From assembly GCA_964016885.1 (NCBI GenBank), contig OZ024740.1, positions 110,050,001-110,114,000 on the forward strand: a stretch of DNA of 64,000 nucleotides. Reading direction: 5' to 3'. Both the position numbers and the translations under genes were made by a program. The stretch comes from Eledone cirrhosa. Its lineage: Eukaryota. Below the pieces are notes generated by a model. It was not told the origin of the DNA. It did not search any database and worked only from the letters and a program-made list of their open reading frames with translations. How positions within the stretch are numbered: position 1 is the first letter of the stretch; every line of letters starts with the position of its first letter. Below, piece after piece: positions 1-15,000 of this stretch.

Positions 1-3000
1 GTATTCTATTGGGGCACGACCACCACCACTTTACAGTGTGAGATGAGTGTATTCTATTGTGGCACCACCACTACCACTTTACACTGTGAGCTGTATGTAT
101 TCTATTGTGGCACCACCACTACCACTTTACAGTGTGAGCTGTATGTATTCTATTGTGGCACCAGTACTACCACTTTGCAGTGTGAGCTGATTGTATTCTA
201 TTGTGGCACCAGTACTACCACTTTACAGTGTGAGATGAGTGTATTCTGTTGTGGCACCAGCACTTTACAGTGTGAGATGAGTGTATTCTATTGTGGCACC
301 ACCACTACCACTTTACAGTGTAAGATGAGTGTATTCTATTGTGGCACCACCACTTCCACTTTACAGTGTGAGATGAGTGTATTCTATTGTGGAACCACCA
401 CTACCACTTTACAGTGTGAGATGAGTGTATTCCATTGTGGCACCAGTACTACCACTTTACAGTGTGATATGAGTGTATTCTATTGTGGGACCACCACCAC
501 CACCACTTTACAGTGTGAGATGAGTGTATTATATTGTGACACCTGTACTACCACTTTACAGTGTGAGATGAGTGTATTCTATTGTGTCACCAGCACTACC
601 ATTTTACAGTGTGAGATGAGTGTATTCTATTGTGGCACCAGTACTACCACTTTACAGTGTGAGCTGTATGTATTCTATTGTGGCACCAGTACTACGACTT
701 TACAGTGTGAGATGAGTGTATTCTATTGTGGCACCAGTACTACCACTTTACAGTGTGAGATGAGTGTATTCTATTGTGGCACCAGTACTACCACTTTACA
801 GTGTGAGATGAGTGTATTCTATTGTGGCACCAGCACTACCACTTTACAGTGTGAGATGAGTGTATTCTATTGTGGCACCACCACTACCACTTTACAGTGT
901 GAGATGAGTGTATTCTATTGTGGCACCAGTACTACCACGTTACAGTGTGAGATGAGTGTATTCTATTGTGGCACCACCACTACCACTTTACAGTGTAAGA
1001 TGAGTGTATTCTATTGTGGCACCACCACTACCACTTTACAGTGTGAAATGAGTGTATTCTATTGTGGCACCAGTACCACCACTTTACAGTGTGAGATGAG
1101 TGTATTCTATTGTGGCACCACCACGACCACTTTACAGTGTGAGATGAGTGTATTCTATTGTGGCACCATCACCACCACTTTACAGTGTAAGATTAGTGTA
1201 TTCTATTGTGGCACCAGTACTACCACTTTACAGTGTGAGATGAGTGTATTCTATTGTGGCACCATCACCACCACTTTACAGTGTAAGATTAGTGTATTCT
1301 ATTGTGGCACCAGTACTACCACTTTACAGTGTAAGATGAGTGTATTCTATTGTGACACCAGCACTACCACTTTACAGCGTGAGATGAGTGTATTCTATTG
1401 TGGCACCACCACGACCACTTTACAGTGTGAGCTGAGTGTATTATATTGTTGCACCACCACTACCACTTTACAGTGTGAGATGAGTGTATTCTATTGTGGC
1501 ACCAGTACTACCACGTTACAGTGTGAGATGAGTGTATTCTATTGGGGCACCACCACTACCACTTTACACTGTGAGCTGTATGTATTCTATTGTGGCACCA
1601 CCACTACCACTTTACACTGTGAGCTGTATGTATTCTATTGTGGCACCACCACTACCACTTTACAGTGTGAGAAGAGTGTATTCTGTTGTGAGACCAGTAC
1701 TACCACTTTACAGTGTGAGATGAGTGTATTCTATTGTGGTACCAGTACTACCACTTTACAGTGTGAGATGAGTGTATTCTGTTGTGAGACCAGTACTACC
1801 ACTTTACAGTGTGAGATGAGTGTATTCTATTGTGAGACCAGTACTACCATTTTACAGTGTGAGATGAGTGTATTCTATTGTGGCACCACCACTACCACTT
1901 TACAGTGTGAGATGAGTGTATTCTATTGTGGCACCACCACTACCACTTTACAGTGTGAGATGAGTGTATTCTATTGTGACACCAGCACTACCACTTTACA
2001 GTGTGAGATGTATGTATTCTATTGTGGCACCACCACCACCACTTTACAGTGTGAGATGAGTGTATTCTATTGTGGCACCAGTACTACCACCTAACAGTGT
2101 GAGATGAGTGTATTCTATTGTGCCACCACCACTACCACTTTACAGTGTGAGATGTATGTATTCTATTGTGGCACCACCACTACCACTTTACAGTGTGAGA
2201 TGAGTGTATCCTATTGTGCCACCACCACTACCACTTTACAGTGTGAGCTGTATGTATTCTATTGTGGCACCACCACTACCACTTTACAGTGTGAAATGAG
2301 TGTATTCTACTGTGGCACCACCACGACCACTTTACAGTGTGAGATGAGTGTATTCTATTGTGGCACCAGCACTACCACTTTACAGTGTGAGATGAGTGTA
2401 TTCCATTGTGGCACCACCACTACCACTTTACAGTGTGAGATGAGTGTATTCTATTGTGGGACCAGTACTACCACGTTACAGTGTGAGATGAGTGTATTCT
2501 ATTGTGGAACCACCACCACCACTTTACAGTGTGAGATGAGTGTATTCTATTGTGGTACCAGCACTACCACTTTACAGTGTAATATGAGTGTATTCTATTG
2601 TGGGACCACCACTACCACTTTACAGTGTGAGATGAGTGTATTCTATTGTGGCACCATCACTACCACTTTACAGTGTAAGATGAGTGTATTCTATAGTGGC
2701 ACTACCACTATACAGTGTGAGAGGAGTGTATTCTATTGTGGGACCAGCACTACCACTTTACAGTGTAATATGAGTGTATTCTATTGTGGCACCACCACCA
2801 CCACTTTACAGTGTGAGATGAGTGTATTATATTGTGACACTTGTACTACCACTTTACAGTGTGAGATGAGTGTATTCTATTGTGGCACCACCACTACCAC
2901 TTTACAGTGTAATATGAGTGTATTCTATTGTGGCACCACCACCACCACTTTACAGTGTGAGATGAGTGTATTCTATTGTGGCACCAGTACTACCACTTTA

Positions 3001-6000
3001 CAGTGTGAGCTGTATGTATTCTATTGTGGCACCACCACTACCACTTTACAGTGTAAGATTAGTGTATTCTATTGTGGAACCAGTACTACCACTTTACAGT
3101 GTAAGATGAGTGTATTCTATTGTGGCATCACCACTACCACTTTACAGTGTAAGATGAGTGTATTCTATTGTGGCACCACCACTACCACTTTACAGTGTAA
3201 GATGAGTGTATTCTATTGTGGCACCACCACTACCACTTTACAGTGTGAGATGAGTGTATTCTATTGTGAGACCAGCACTACCACTTTACAGCGTGAGATG
3301 AGTGTATTCTATTGTGGCACCACCACGACCACTTTACAGTGTGAGCTGAGTGTATTATATTGTGGCACCAACACTACCACTTTACAGTGTGAGATGAGTG
3401 TATTCTATTGTGGCACCAGTACTACCACGTTACAGTGTGAGATGAGTGTATTCTATTGGGGCACCACCACTACCACTTTACAGTGTGAGATGAGTGTATT
3501 CTATTGTGGCACCACCACTACCACTTTACACTGTGAGCTGTATGTATTCTATTGTGGCACCACCACTACCACTTTACAGTGTGAGATGAGTGTATTCTAT
3601 TGTGGCACCAGTACTACCACTTTACAGTGTGAGATGAGTGTATTCTATTGTGGCACCAGTACTACCACGTTACAGTGTGAGATGAGTGTATTCTATTGGT
3701 GCACCACCACTACCACTTTACAGTGTGAGATGAGTGTATTCTATTGTGGCACCACCACTACCACTTTACACTGTGAGCTGTATGTATTCTATTGTGGCAC
3801 CACCACTACCACTTTACAGTGTGAGATGAGTGTATTCTATTGTGGCACCAGTACTACCACTTTGCAGTGTGAGCTGATTGTATTCTATTGTGGCACCAGT
3901 ACTACCACTTTACAGTGTGAGATTAGTGTATTCTGTTGTGAGACCAGTACTACCACTTTACAGTGTGAGATGAGTGTATTCTATTGTGGCACCAGTACTA
4001 CCACTTTACAGTGTGAGATTAGTGTATTCTGTTGTGAGACCAGTACTACCACTTTACAGTGTGAGATGAGTGTATTCTATTGTGGCACCAGTACTACCAC
4101 TTTACAGTGTGAGATTAGTGTATTCTGTTGTGAGACCAGTACTACCACTTTACAGTGTGAGATGAGTGTATTCTATTGTGGCACCAGTACTACCACTTTA
4201 CAGTGTGAGATGAGTGTATTCTATTGTGGCACCAGTACTACCACTTTACAGTGTGAGATGAGTGTATTCTATTGTGGCACCACCACTACCACTTTACAGT
4301 GTAAGATGAGTGTATTCTATTGTGGCACCAGTACTACCACTTTACAGTGTGAGATGAGTGTATTCTATTGTGGCACCAGCACCACCACTTTACAGTGTGA
4401 GATGAGTGTATTCTATTGTGGTACCACCACTACCACTTTACAGTGTGAGATGAGTGTATTCTATTGTGGCACCAGTACTACCACTTTACAGTGTGAGATG
4501 AGTGTATTCTATTGTGACACCAGCACTACCACTTTACAGTGTGAGATGAGTGTATTCTATTGTGGCACCACCACTACCACTTTACAGTGTGAGCTGAGTG
4601 TATTCTATTGTGGCACCACCACTACCACTTTACAGTGTGAGCTGAGTGTATTCTATTGTGGCACCACCACTACCACTTTACAGTGTGAGATGAGTGTATT
4701 CTATTGTGGCACCACCACGACCCCTTTACAGTGTGAGATGAGTGTATTCTATTGTGGCACCACCACTACCACTTTACAGTGTGAGATGAGTGTATTCTAT
4801 TGTGGCACCACCACTACCACTTTACAGTGTGAGATGAGTGTATTCTATTGTGGCACCATCACCACCACTTTACAGTGTGAGATGAGTGTATTCTATTGTG
4901 GCACCACCACGACCACTTTACAGTGTGAGATGAGTGTATTCTATTGTGGCACCATCACCACCACTTTACAGTGTAAGATGAGTGTATTCTATAGTGGCAC
5001 CACCACTACCACTTTACAGTGTAAGATTAGTGTATTCTATTGTGGCACCAGTACTACCACTTTACAGTGTGAGATGAGTGTATTCTATTGTGGTACCAGC
5101 ACTACCACTTTACAGTGTGAGATGAGTGTATTCTATTGTGGCACCAGTACTACCACGTTACAGTGTAAGATTAGTGTATTCTATTGTGGCACCAGTACTA
5201 CCACTTTACAGTGTGAGATGAGTGTATTCTATTGTGGCACCACCACTACCACTTTACAGTGTAAGATTAGTGTATTCTATTGTGGCACCAGTACTACCAC
5301 TTTACAGTGTGAGATGAGTGTATTCTATTGTGGTACCAGTACTACCACTTTACAGTGTGAGATGAGTGTATTCTATTGTGGCACCACCACTACCACTTTA
5401 CAGTGTAAGATGAGTGTATTCTATTGTGGCACCAGTACTACCACGTTACAGTGTGAGATGAGTGTATTCTATTGTGACACCAGCACTACCACTTTACAGT
5501 GTGAGATGAGTGTATTCTATTGTGGCACCACCACGACCACTTTACAGTGTGAGCTGAGTCTATTATACTGTGGCACCACCACTACCACTTTACAGTGTGA
5601 GATGAGTGTATTCTATTGTGGCACCAGTACTACCACGTTACAGTGTGAGATGAGTGTATTCTATTGGGGCACCACCACTACCACTTTACAGTGTGAGATG
5701 AGTGTATTCTATTGGGGCACCACCACTACCACTTTACAGTGTGAGATGAGTGTATTCTATTGTGGCACCACCACGACCACTTTACAGTGTGAGCTGAGTC
5801 TATTATACTGTGGCACCACCACTACCACTTTTCAGTGTGAGATGAGTGTATTCTATTGTGGCACCACCACTACCACTTTACAGTGTGAGATGAGTGTATT
5901 CTATTGTGGCACCAGTACTACCACGTTACAGTGTGAGATGAGTGTATTCTATTGGGGCACCACCACTACCACTTTACAGTGTGAGATGAGTGTATTCTAT

Positions 6001-9000
6001 TGGGGCACCACCACTACCACTTTACAGTGTGAGATGAGTGTATTCTATTGTGGCACCACCACTACCACTTTACACTGTGAGCTGTATGTATTCTATTGTG
6101 GCACCAGTACTACGACTTTACAGTGTGAGATGAGTGTATTCTATTGTGGCACCAGTACTACCACTTTACAGTGTGAGATGAGTGTATTCTATTGTGTCAC
6201 CAGCACTACCATTTTACAGTGTGAGATGAGTGTATTCTATTGTGGCACCAGTACTACCACTTTACAGTGTGAGCTGTATGTATTCTATTGTGGCACCAGT
6301 ACTACGACTTTACAGTGTGAGATGAGTGTATTCTATTGTGGCACCAGTACTACCACTTTACAGTGTGAGATGAGTGTATTCTATTGTGGCATCACCACTA
6401 CCACTTTACAGTGTGAGATGAGTGTATTCCATTGTGGCACCACCACTACCACTTTAGAGTGTGAGATGAGTGTATTCTATTGTGGTACCAGTACTACCAC
6501 TTTACAGTGTAAGATGAGTGTATTCTATTGTGTCACCACCACTACCACTTTACAGTGTGAGATGAGTGTATTCTATTGTGGCACCACCACTACCACTTTA
6601 CAGTGTGAGATGAGTGTATTCTATTGTGACACCAGCACTACCACTTTACAGTGTGAGATGTATGTATTCTATTGTGGCACCACCACCACCACTTTACAGT
6701 GTGAGATGAGTGTATTCTATTGTGGCACCAGTACTACCACCTAACAGTGTGAGATGAGTGTATTCTATTGTGCCACCACCACTACCACTTTACAGTGTGA
6801 GATGTATGTATTCTATTGTGGCACCACCACTACCACTTTACAGTGTGAGATGAGTGTATCCTATTGTGCCACCACCACTACCACTTTACAGTGTGAGCTG
6901 TATGTATTCTATTGTGGCACCACCACTACCACTTTACAGTGTGAAATGAGTGTATTCTACTGTGGCACCACCACGACCACTTTACAGTGTGAGATGAGTG
7001 TATTCTATTGTGGCACCAGCACTACCACTTTACAGTGTGAGATGAGTGTATTCCATTGTGGCACCACCACTACCACTTTACAGTGTGAGATGAGTGTATT
7101 CTATTGTGGGACCAGTACTACCACGTTACAGTGTGAGATGAGTGTATTCTATTGTGGAACCACCACCACCACTTTACAGTGTGAGATGAGTGTATTCTAT
7201 TGTGGGACCAGCACTACCACTTTACAGTGTAATATGAGTGTATTCTATTGTGGGACCACCACTACCACTTTACAGTGTGAGATGAGTGTATTCTATTGTG
7301 GCACCATCACTACCACTTTACAGTGTAAGATGAGTGTATTCTATAGTGGCACTACCACTATACAGTGTGAGAGGAGTGTATTCTATTGTGGGACCAGCAC
7401 TACCACTTTACAGTGTAATATGAGTGTATTCTATTGTGGCACCACCACCACCACTTTACAGTGTGAGATGAGTGTATTATATTGTGACACTTGTACTACC
7501 ACTTTACAGTGTGAGATGAGTGTATTCTATTGTGGCACCACCACTACCACTTTACAGTGTAATATGAGTGTATTCTATTGTGGCACCACCACCACCACTT
7601 TACAGTGTGAGATGAGTGTATTCTATTGTGGCACCAGTACTACCACTTTACAGTGTGAGCTGTATGTATTCTATTGTGGCACCACCACTACCACTTTACA
7701 GTGTAAGATTAGTGTATTCTATTGTGGCACCAGTACTACCACTTTACAGTGTAAGATGAGTGTATTCTATTGTGGCATCACCACTACCACTTTACAGTGC
7801 AAGATGAGTGTATTCTATTGTGGCACCACCACTACCACTTTACAGTGTAAGATGAGTGTATTCTATTGTGGCACCACCACTACCACTTTACAGTGTGAGA
7901 TGAGTGTATTCTATTGTGAGACCAGCACTACCACTTTACAGCGTGAGATGAGTGTATTCTATTGTGGCACCACCACGACCACTTTACAGTGTGAGCTGAG
8001 TGTATTATATTGTGGCACCAACACTACCACTTTACAGTGTGAGATGAGTGTATTCTATTGTGGCACCAGTACTACCACGTTACAGTGTGAGATGAGTGTA
8101 TTCTATTGGGGCACCACCACTACCACTTTACAGTGTGAGATGAGTGTATTCTATTGTGGCACCACCACTACCACTTTACACTGTGAGCTGTATGTATTCT
8201 ATTGTGGCACCACCACTACCACTTTACAGTGTGAGATGAGTGTATTCTATTGTGGCACCAGTACTACCACTTTACAGTGTGAGATGAGTGTATTCTATTG
8301 TGGCACCAGTACTACCACGTTACAGTGTGAGATGAGTGTATTCTATTGGTGCACCACCACTACCACTTTACAGTGTGAGATGAGTGTATTCTATTGTGGC
8401 ACCACCACTACCACTTTACACTGTGAGCTGTATGTATTCTATTGTGGCACCACCACTACCACTTTACAGTGTGAGATGAGTGTATTCTATTGTGGCACCA
8501 GTACTACCACTTTGCAGTGTGAGCTGATTGTATTCTATTGTGGCACCAGTACTACCACTTTACAGTGTGAGATTAGTGTATTCTGTTGTGAGACCAGTAC
8601 TACCACTTTACAGTGTGAGATGAGTGTATTCTATTGTGGCACCAGTACTACCACTTTACAGTGTGAGATTAGTGTATTCTGTTGTGAGACCAGTACTACC
8701 ACTTTACAGTGTGAGATGAGTGTATTCTATTGTGGCACCAGTACTACCACTTTACAGTGTGAGATTAGTGTATTCTGTTGTGAGACCAGTACTACCACTT
8801 TACAGTGTGAGATGAGTGTATTCTATTGTGGCACCAGTACTACCACTTTACAGTGTGAGATGAGTGTATTCTATTGTGGCACCAGTACTACCACTTTACA
8901 GTGTGAGATGAGTGTATTCTATTGTGGCACCACCACTACCACTTTACAGTGTAAGATGAGTGTATTCTATTGTGGCACCAGTACTACCACTTTACAGTGT

Positions 9001-12000
9001 GAGATGAGTGTATTCTATTGTGGCACCAGCACCACCACTTTACAGTGTGAGATGAGTGTATTCTATTGTGGTACCACCACTACCACTTTACAGTGTGAGA
9101 TGAGTGTATTCTATTGTGGCACCAGTACTACCACTTTACAGTGTGAGATGAGTGTATTCTATTGTGACACCAGCACTACCACTTTACAGTGTGAGATGAG
9201 TGTATTCTATTGTGGCACCACCACTACCACTTTACAGTGTGAGCTGAGTGTATTCTATTGTGGCACCACCACTACCACTTTACAGTGTGAGCTGAGTGTA
9301 TTCTATTGTGGCACCACCACTACCACTTTACAGTGTGAGATGAGTGTATTCTATTGTGGCACCACCACGACCCCTTTACAGTGTGAGATGAGTGTATTCT
9401 ATTGTGGCACCACCACTACCACTTTACAGTGTGAGATGAGTGTATTCTATTGTGGCACCACCACTACCACTTTACAGTGTGAGATGAGTGTATTCTATTG
9501 TGGCACCATCACCACCACTTTACAGTGTGAGATGAGTGTATTCTATTGTGGCACCACCACGACCACTTTACAGTGTGAGATGAGTGTATTCTATTGTGGC
9601 ACCATCACCACCACTTTACAGTGTAAGATGAGTGTATTCTATAGTGGCACCACCACTACCACTTTACAGTGTAAGATTAGTGTATTCTATTGTGGCACCA
9701 GTACTACCACTTTACAGTGTGAGATGAGTGTATTCTATTGTGGTACCAGCACTACCACTTTACAGTGTGAGATGAGTGTATTCTATTGTGGCACCAGTAC
9801 TACCACGTTACAGTGTAAGATTAGTGTATTCTATTGTGGCACCAGTACTACCACTTTACAGTGTGAGATGAGTGTATTCTATTGTGGCACCACCACTACC
9901 ACTTTACAGTGTAAGATTAGTGTATTCTATTGTGGCACCAGTACTACCACTTTACAGTGTGAGATGAGTGTATTCTATTGTGGTACCAGTACTACCACTT
10001 TACAGTGTGAGATGAGTGTATTCTATTGTGGCACCACCACTACCACTTTACAGTGTAAGATGAGTGTATTCTATTGTGGCACCAGTACTACCACGTTACA
10101 GTGTGAGATGAGTGTATTCTATTGTGACACCAGCACTACCACTTTACAGTGTGAGATGAGTGTATTCTATTGTGGCACCATCACGACCACTTTACAGTGT
10201 GAGCTGAGTCTATTATACTGTGGCACCACCACTACCACTTTACAGTGTGAGATGAGTGTATTCTATTGTGGCACCAGTACTACCACGTTACAGTGTGAGA
10301 TGAGTGTATTCTATTGGGGCACCACCACTACCACTTTACAGTGTGAGATGAGTGTATTCTATTGGGGCACCACCACTACCACTTTACAGTGTGAGATGAG
10401 TGTATTCTATTGTGGCACCACCACGACCACTTTACAGTGTGAGCTGAGTCTATTATACTGTGGCACCACCACTACCACTTTACAGTGTGAGATGAGTGTA
10501 TTCTATTGTGGCACCACCACTACCACTTTACAGTGTGAGATGAGTGTATTCTATTGTGGCACCAGTACTACCACGTTACAGTGTGAGATGAGTGTATTCT
10601 ATTGGGGCACCACCACTACCACTTTACAGTGTGAGATGAGTGTATTCTATTGGGGCACCACCACTACCACTTTACAGTGTGAGATGAGTGTATTCTATTG
10701 TGGCACCACCACTACCACTTTACACTGTGAGCTGTATGTATTCTATTGTGGCACCAGTACTACGACTTTACAGTGTGAGATGAGTGTATTCTATTGTGGC
10801 ACCAGTACTACCACTTTACAGTGTGAGATGAGTGTATTCTATTGTGTCACCAGCACTACCATTTTACAGTGTGAGATGAGTGTATTCTATTGTGGCACCA
10901 GTACTACCACTTTACAGTGTGAGCTGTATGTATTCTATTGTGGCACCAGTACTACGACTTTACAGTGTGAGATGAGTGTATTCTATTGTGGCACCAGTAC
11001 TACCACTTTACAGTGTGAGATGAGTGTATTCTATTGTGGCATCACCACTACCACTTTACAGTGTGAGATGAGTGTATTCCATTGTGGCACCACCACTACC
11101 ACTTTAGAGTGTGAGATGAGTGTATTCTATTGTGGTACCAGTACTACCACTTTACAGTGTAAGATGAGTGTATTCTATTGTGTCACCACCACTACCACTT
11201 TACAGTGTGAGATGAGTGTATTCTATTGTGTCACCACCACTACCACTTTACAGTGTGAGATGAGTGTATTCTATTGTGGCACCAGTACTACCACTTTACA
11301 GTGTGAGCTGTATGTATTCCATTGTGGCACCAGCAGTACCACTTTACAGTGTGAGATGAGTGTATTCTATTGTGGCACCAGCACTAACACTTTACAGTGT
11401 GAGATGTATGTATTCCATTGTGACACCACCACTACCACTTTACAGTGTGAGATGAGTGTATTCTATTGTGGCATCACAACTACCACTTTACAGTGTGAGA
11501 TGAGTGTATTCTATTGTGGAACCACCACTTCCACTTTACAGTGTGAGATGAGTGTATTCTATTGTGGCACCACCACTACCACTTTACAGTGTGAGATGAG
11601 TGTAATCTATTGTGGCACCAGTACTACCACTTTACAGTGTGAGATGAGTGTATTCTATTGTGGCACCAGCACCACCACTTTACAGTGTGAGATGAGTGTA
11701 TTCTATTGTGACACCACCACTACCCCTTTACAGTGTGAGATGAGTGTATTCTATTGTGGCACCACCACTTCCACTTTACAGTGTGAGATGAGTGTATTCT
11801 ATTGTGGAACCACCACTTCCACTTTACAGTGTGAGATGAGTGTATTCTATTGTGGAACCACCACTACCACTTTACAGTGTGAGATGAGTGTATTCCATTG
11901 TGGCACCAGTACTACCACTTTACAGTGTGATATGAGTGTATTCTATTGTGGGACCACCACCACCACCACTTTACAGTGTGAGATGAGTGTATTATATTGT

Positions 12001-15000
12001 GACACCTGTACTACCACTTTACAGTGTGAGATGAGTGTATTCTATTGTGTCACCAGCACTACCATTTTACAGTGTGAGATGAGTGTATTCTATTGTGGCA
12101 CCAGTACTACCACTTTACAGTGTGAGCTGTATGTATTCTATTGTGGCACCAGTACTACCACTTTACAGTGTGAGATGAGTGTATTCTATTGTGGCACCAG
12201 TACTACCACTTTACAGTGTGAGATGAGTGTATTCTATTGTGGCACCAGTACTACCACTTTACAGTGTGAGCTGTATGTATTCTATTGTGGCACCAGTACT
12301 ACGACTTTACAGTGTGAGATGAGTGTATTCTATTGTGGCACCAGTACTACCACTTTACAGTGTGAGATGAGTGTATTCTATTGTGTCACCAGCACTACCA
12401 TTTTACAGTGTGAGATGAGTGTATTCTATTGTGGCACCAGTACTACCACTTTACAGTGTGAGCTGTATGTATTCTATTGTGGCACCAGTACTACGACTTT
12501 ACAGTGTGAGATGAGTGTATTCTATTGTGGCACCAGTACTACCACTTTACAGTGTGAGATGAGTGTATTCTATTGTGGCACCAGTACTACCACTTTACAG
12601 TGTGAGCTGTATGTATTCTATTGTGGCACCAGTACTACGACTTTACAGTGTGAGATGAGTGTATTCTATTGTGGCACCAGTACTACCACTTTACAGTGTG
12701 AGATGAGTGTATTCTATTGTGTCACCAGCACTACCATTTTACAGTGTGAGATGAGTGTATTCTATTGTGGCACCAGTACTACCACTTTACAGTGTGAGCT
12801 GTATGTATTCTATTGTGGCACCAGTACTACGACTTTACAGTGTGAGATGAGTGTATTCTATTGTGGCACCAGTACTACCACTTTACAGTGTGAGATGAGT
12901 GTATTCTATTGTGGCACCAGTACTACCACTTTACAGTGTGAGATGAGTGTATTCTATTGTGGCACCAGTACTACCACTTTACAGTGTGAGATGAGTGTAT
13001 TCTATTGTGGCACCAGCACTACCACTTTACAGTGTGAGATGAGTGTATTCTATTGTGGGACCACCACTACCACTTTACAGTGTGAGATGAGTGTATTCTA
13101 TTGTGGCACCAGTACTACCACGTTACAGTGTGAGATGAGTGTATTCTATTGTGGCACCACCACTACCACTTTACAGTGTAAGATGAGTGTATTCTATTGT
13201 GGCACCACCACTACCACTTTACAGTGTGAAATGAGTGTATTCTATTGTGGCACCACCACGACCACTTTACAGTGTGAGATGAGTGTATTCTATTGTGGCA
13301 CCACCACGACCACTTTACAGTGTGAGATGAGTGTATTCTATTGTGGCACCATCACCACCACTTTACAGTGTGAGATGAGTGTATTCTATTGTGGCACCAC
13401 CACGACCACTTTACAGTGTGAGATGAGTGTATTCTATTGTGGCACCATCACCACCACTTTACAGTGTAAGATGAGTGTATTCTATTGTGGCACCACCACT
13501 ACCACTTTACAGTGCAAGATTAGTGTATTCTATTGTGGCACCAGTACTACCACTTTACAGTGTAAGATGAGTGTATTCTATTGTGGCACCACCACTACCA
13601 CTTTACAGTGTAAGATGAGTGTATTCTATTGTGGCACCACCACTACCACTTTACAGTGTAAGATGAGTGTATTCTATTGTGGCACCACCACTACCACTTT
13701 ACAGTGTGAGATGTATGTATTCTATTGTGACACCACCACTACCACTTTACAGTGTGAGATGAGTGTATTCTATTGTGCCACCACCACTACCACTTTACAG
13801 TGTGAGCTGTATGTATTCTATTGTGGCACCACCACTACCACTTTACAGTGTGAAATGAGTGTATTCTATTGTGGCACCACCACGACAACTTTACAGTGTG
13901 AAATGAGTGTATTCTATTGTGGCACCATCACGATCACTTTACAGTGTGAGATGAGTGTATTCTATTGTGGCACCACCACTACCACTTTACAGTGTATTCT
14001 ATTGTGGCACCAGTACTACCACGTTACAGTGTGAGATGAGTGTATTCTATTGTGGCACCACCACTACCACTTTACAGTGTGAGATGAGTGTATTCTATTG
14101 TGGGACCAGTACTACCACGTTACAGTGTGAGATGAGTGTATTATATTGTGGCACCACCACTACCACTTTACAGTGTGAGATGTATGTATTCTATTGTGGC
14201 ACCACCACTACCACTTTACAGTGTAAGATTAGTGTATTCTATTGTGGCACCACCACTACCACTTTACAGTGTGAGATGAGTGTATTCTATTGTGGTACCA
14301 GTACTACCACTTTACAGTGTGAGATGAGTGTATTCTATTGTGGCACCACCACTACCACTTTACAGTGTAAGATGAGTGTATTCTATTGTGGCACCAGTAC
14401 TACCACGTTACAGTGTGAGATGAGTGTATTCTATTGTGACACCAGCACTACCACTTTACAGTGTGAGATGAGTGTATTCTATTGTGGCACCACCACGACC
14501 ACTTTACAGTGTGAGCTGAGTCTATTATACTGTGGCACCACCACTACCACTTTACAGTGTGAGATGAGTGTATTCTATTGTGGCACCAGTACTACCACGT
14601 TACAGTGTGAGATGAGTGTATTCTATTGGGGCACCACCACTACCACTTTACAGTGTGAGATGAGTGTATTCTATTGGGGCACCACCACTACCACTTTACA
14701 GTGTGAGATGAGTGTATTCTATTGTGGCACCACCACGACCACTTTACAGTGTGAGCTGAGTCTATTATACTGTGGCACCACCACTACCACTTTACAGTGT
14801 GAGATGAGTGTATTCTATTGTGGCACCACCACTACCACTTTACAGTGTGAGATGAGTGTATTCTATTGTGGCACCAGTACTACCACGTTACAGTGTGAGA
14901 TGAGTGTATTCTATTGGGGCACCACCACTACCACTTTACAGTGTGAGATGAGTGTATTCTATTGGGGCACCACCACTACCACTTTACAGTGTGAGATGAG

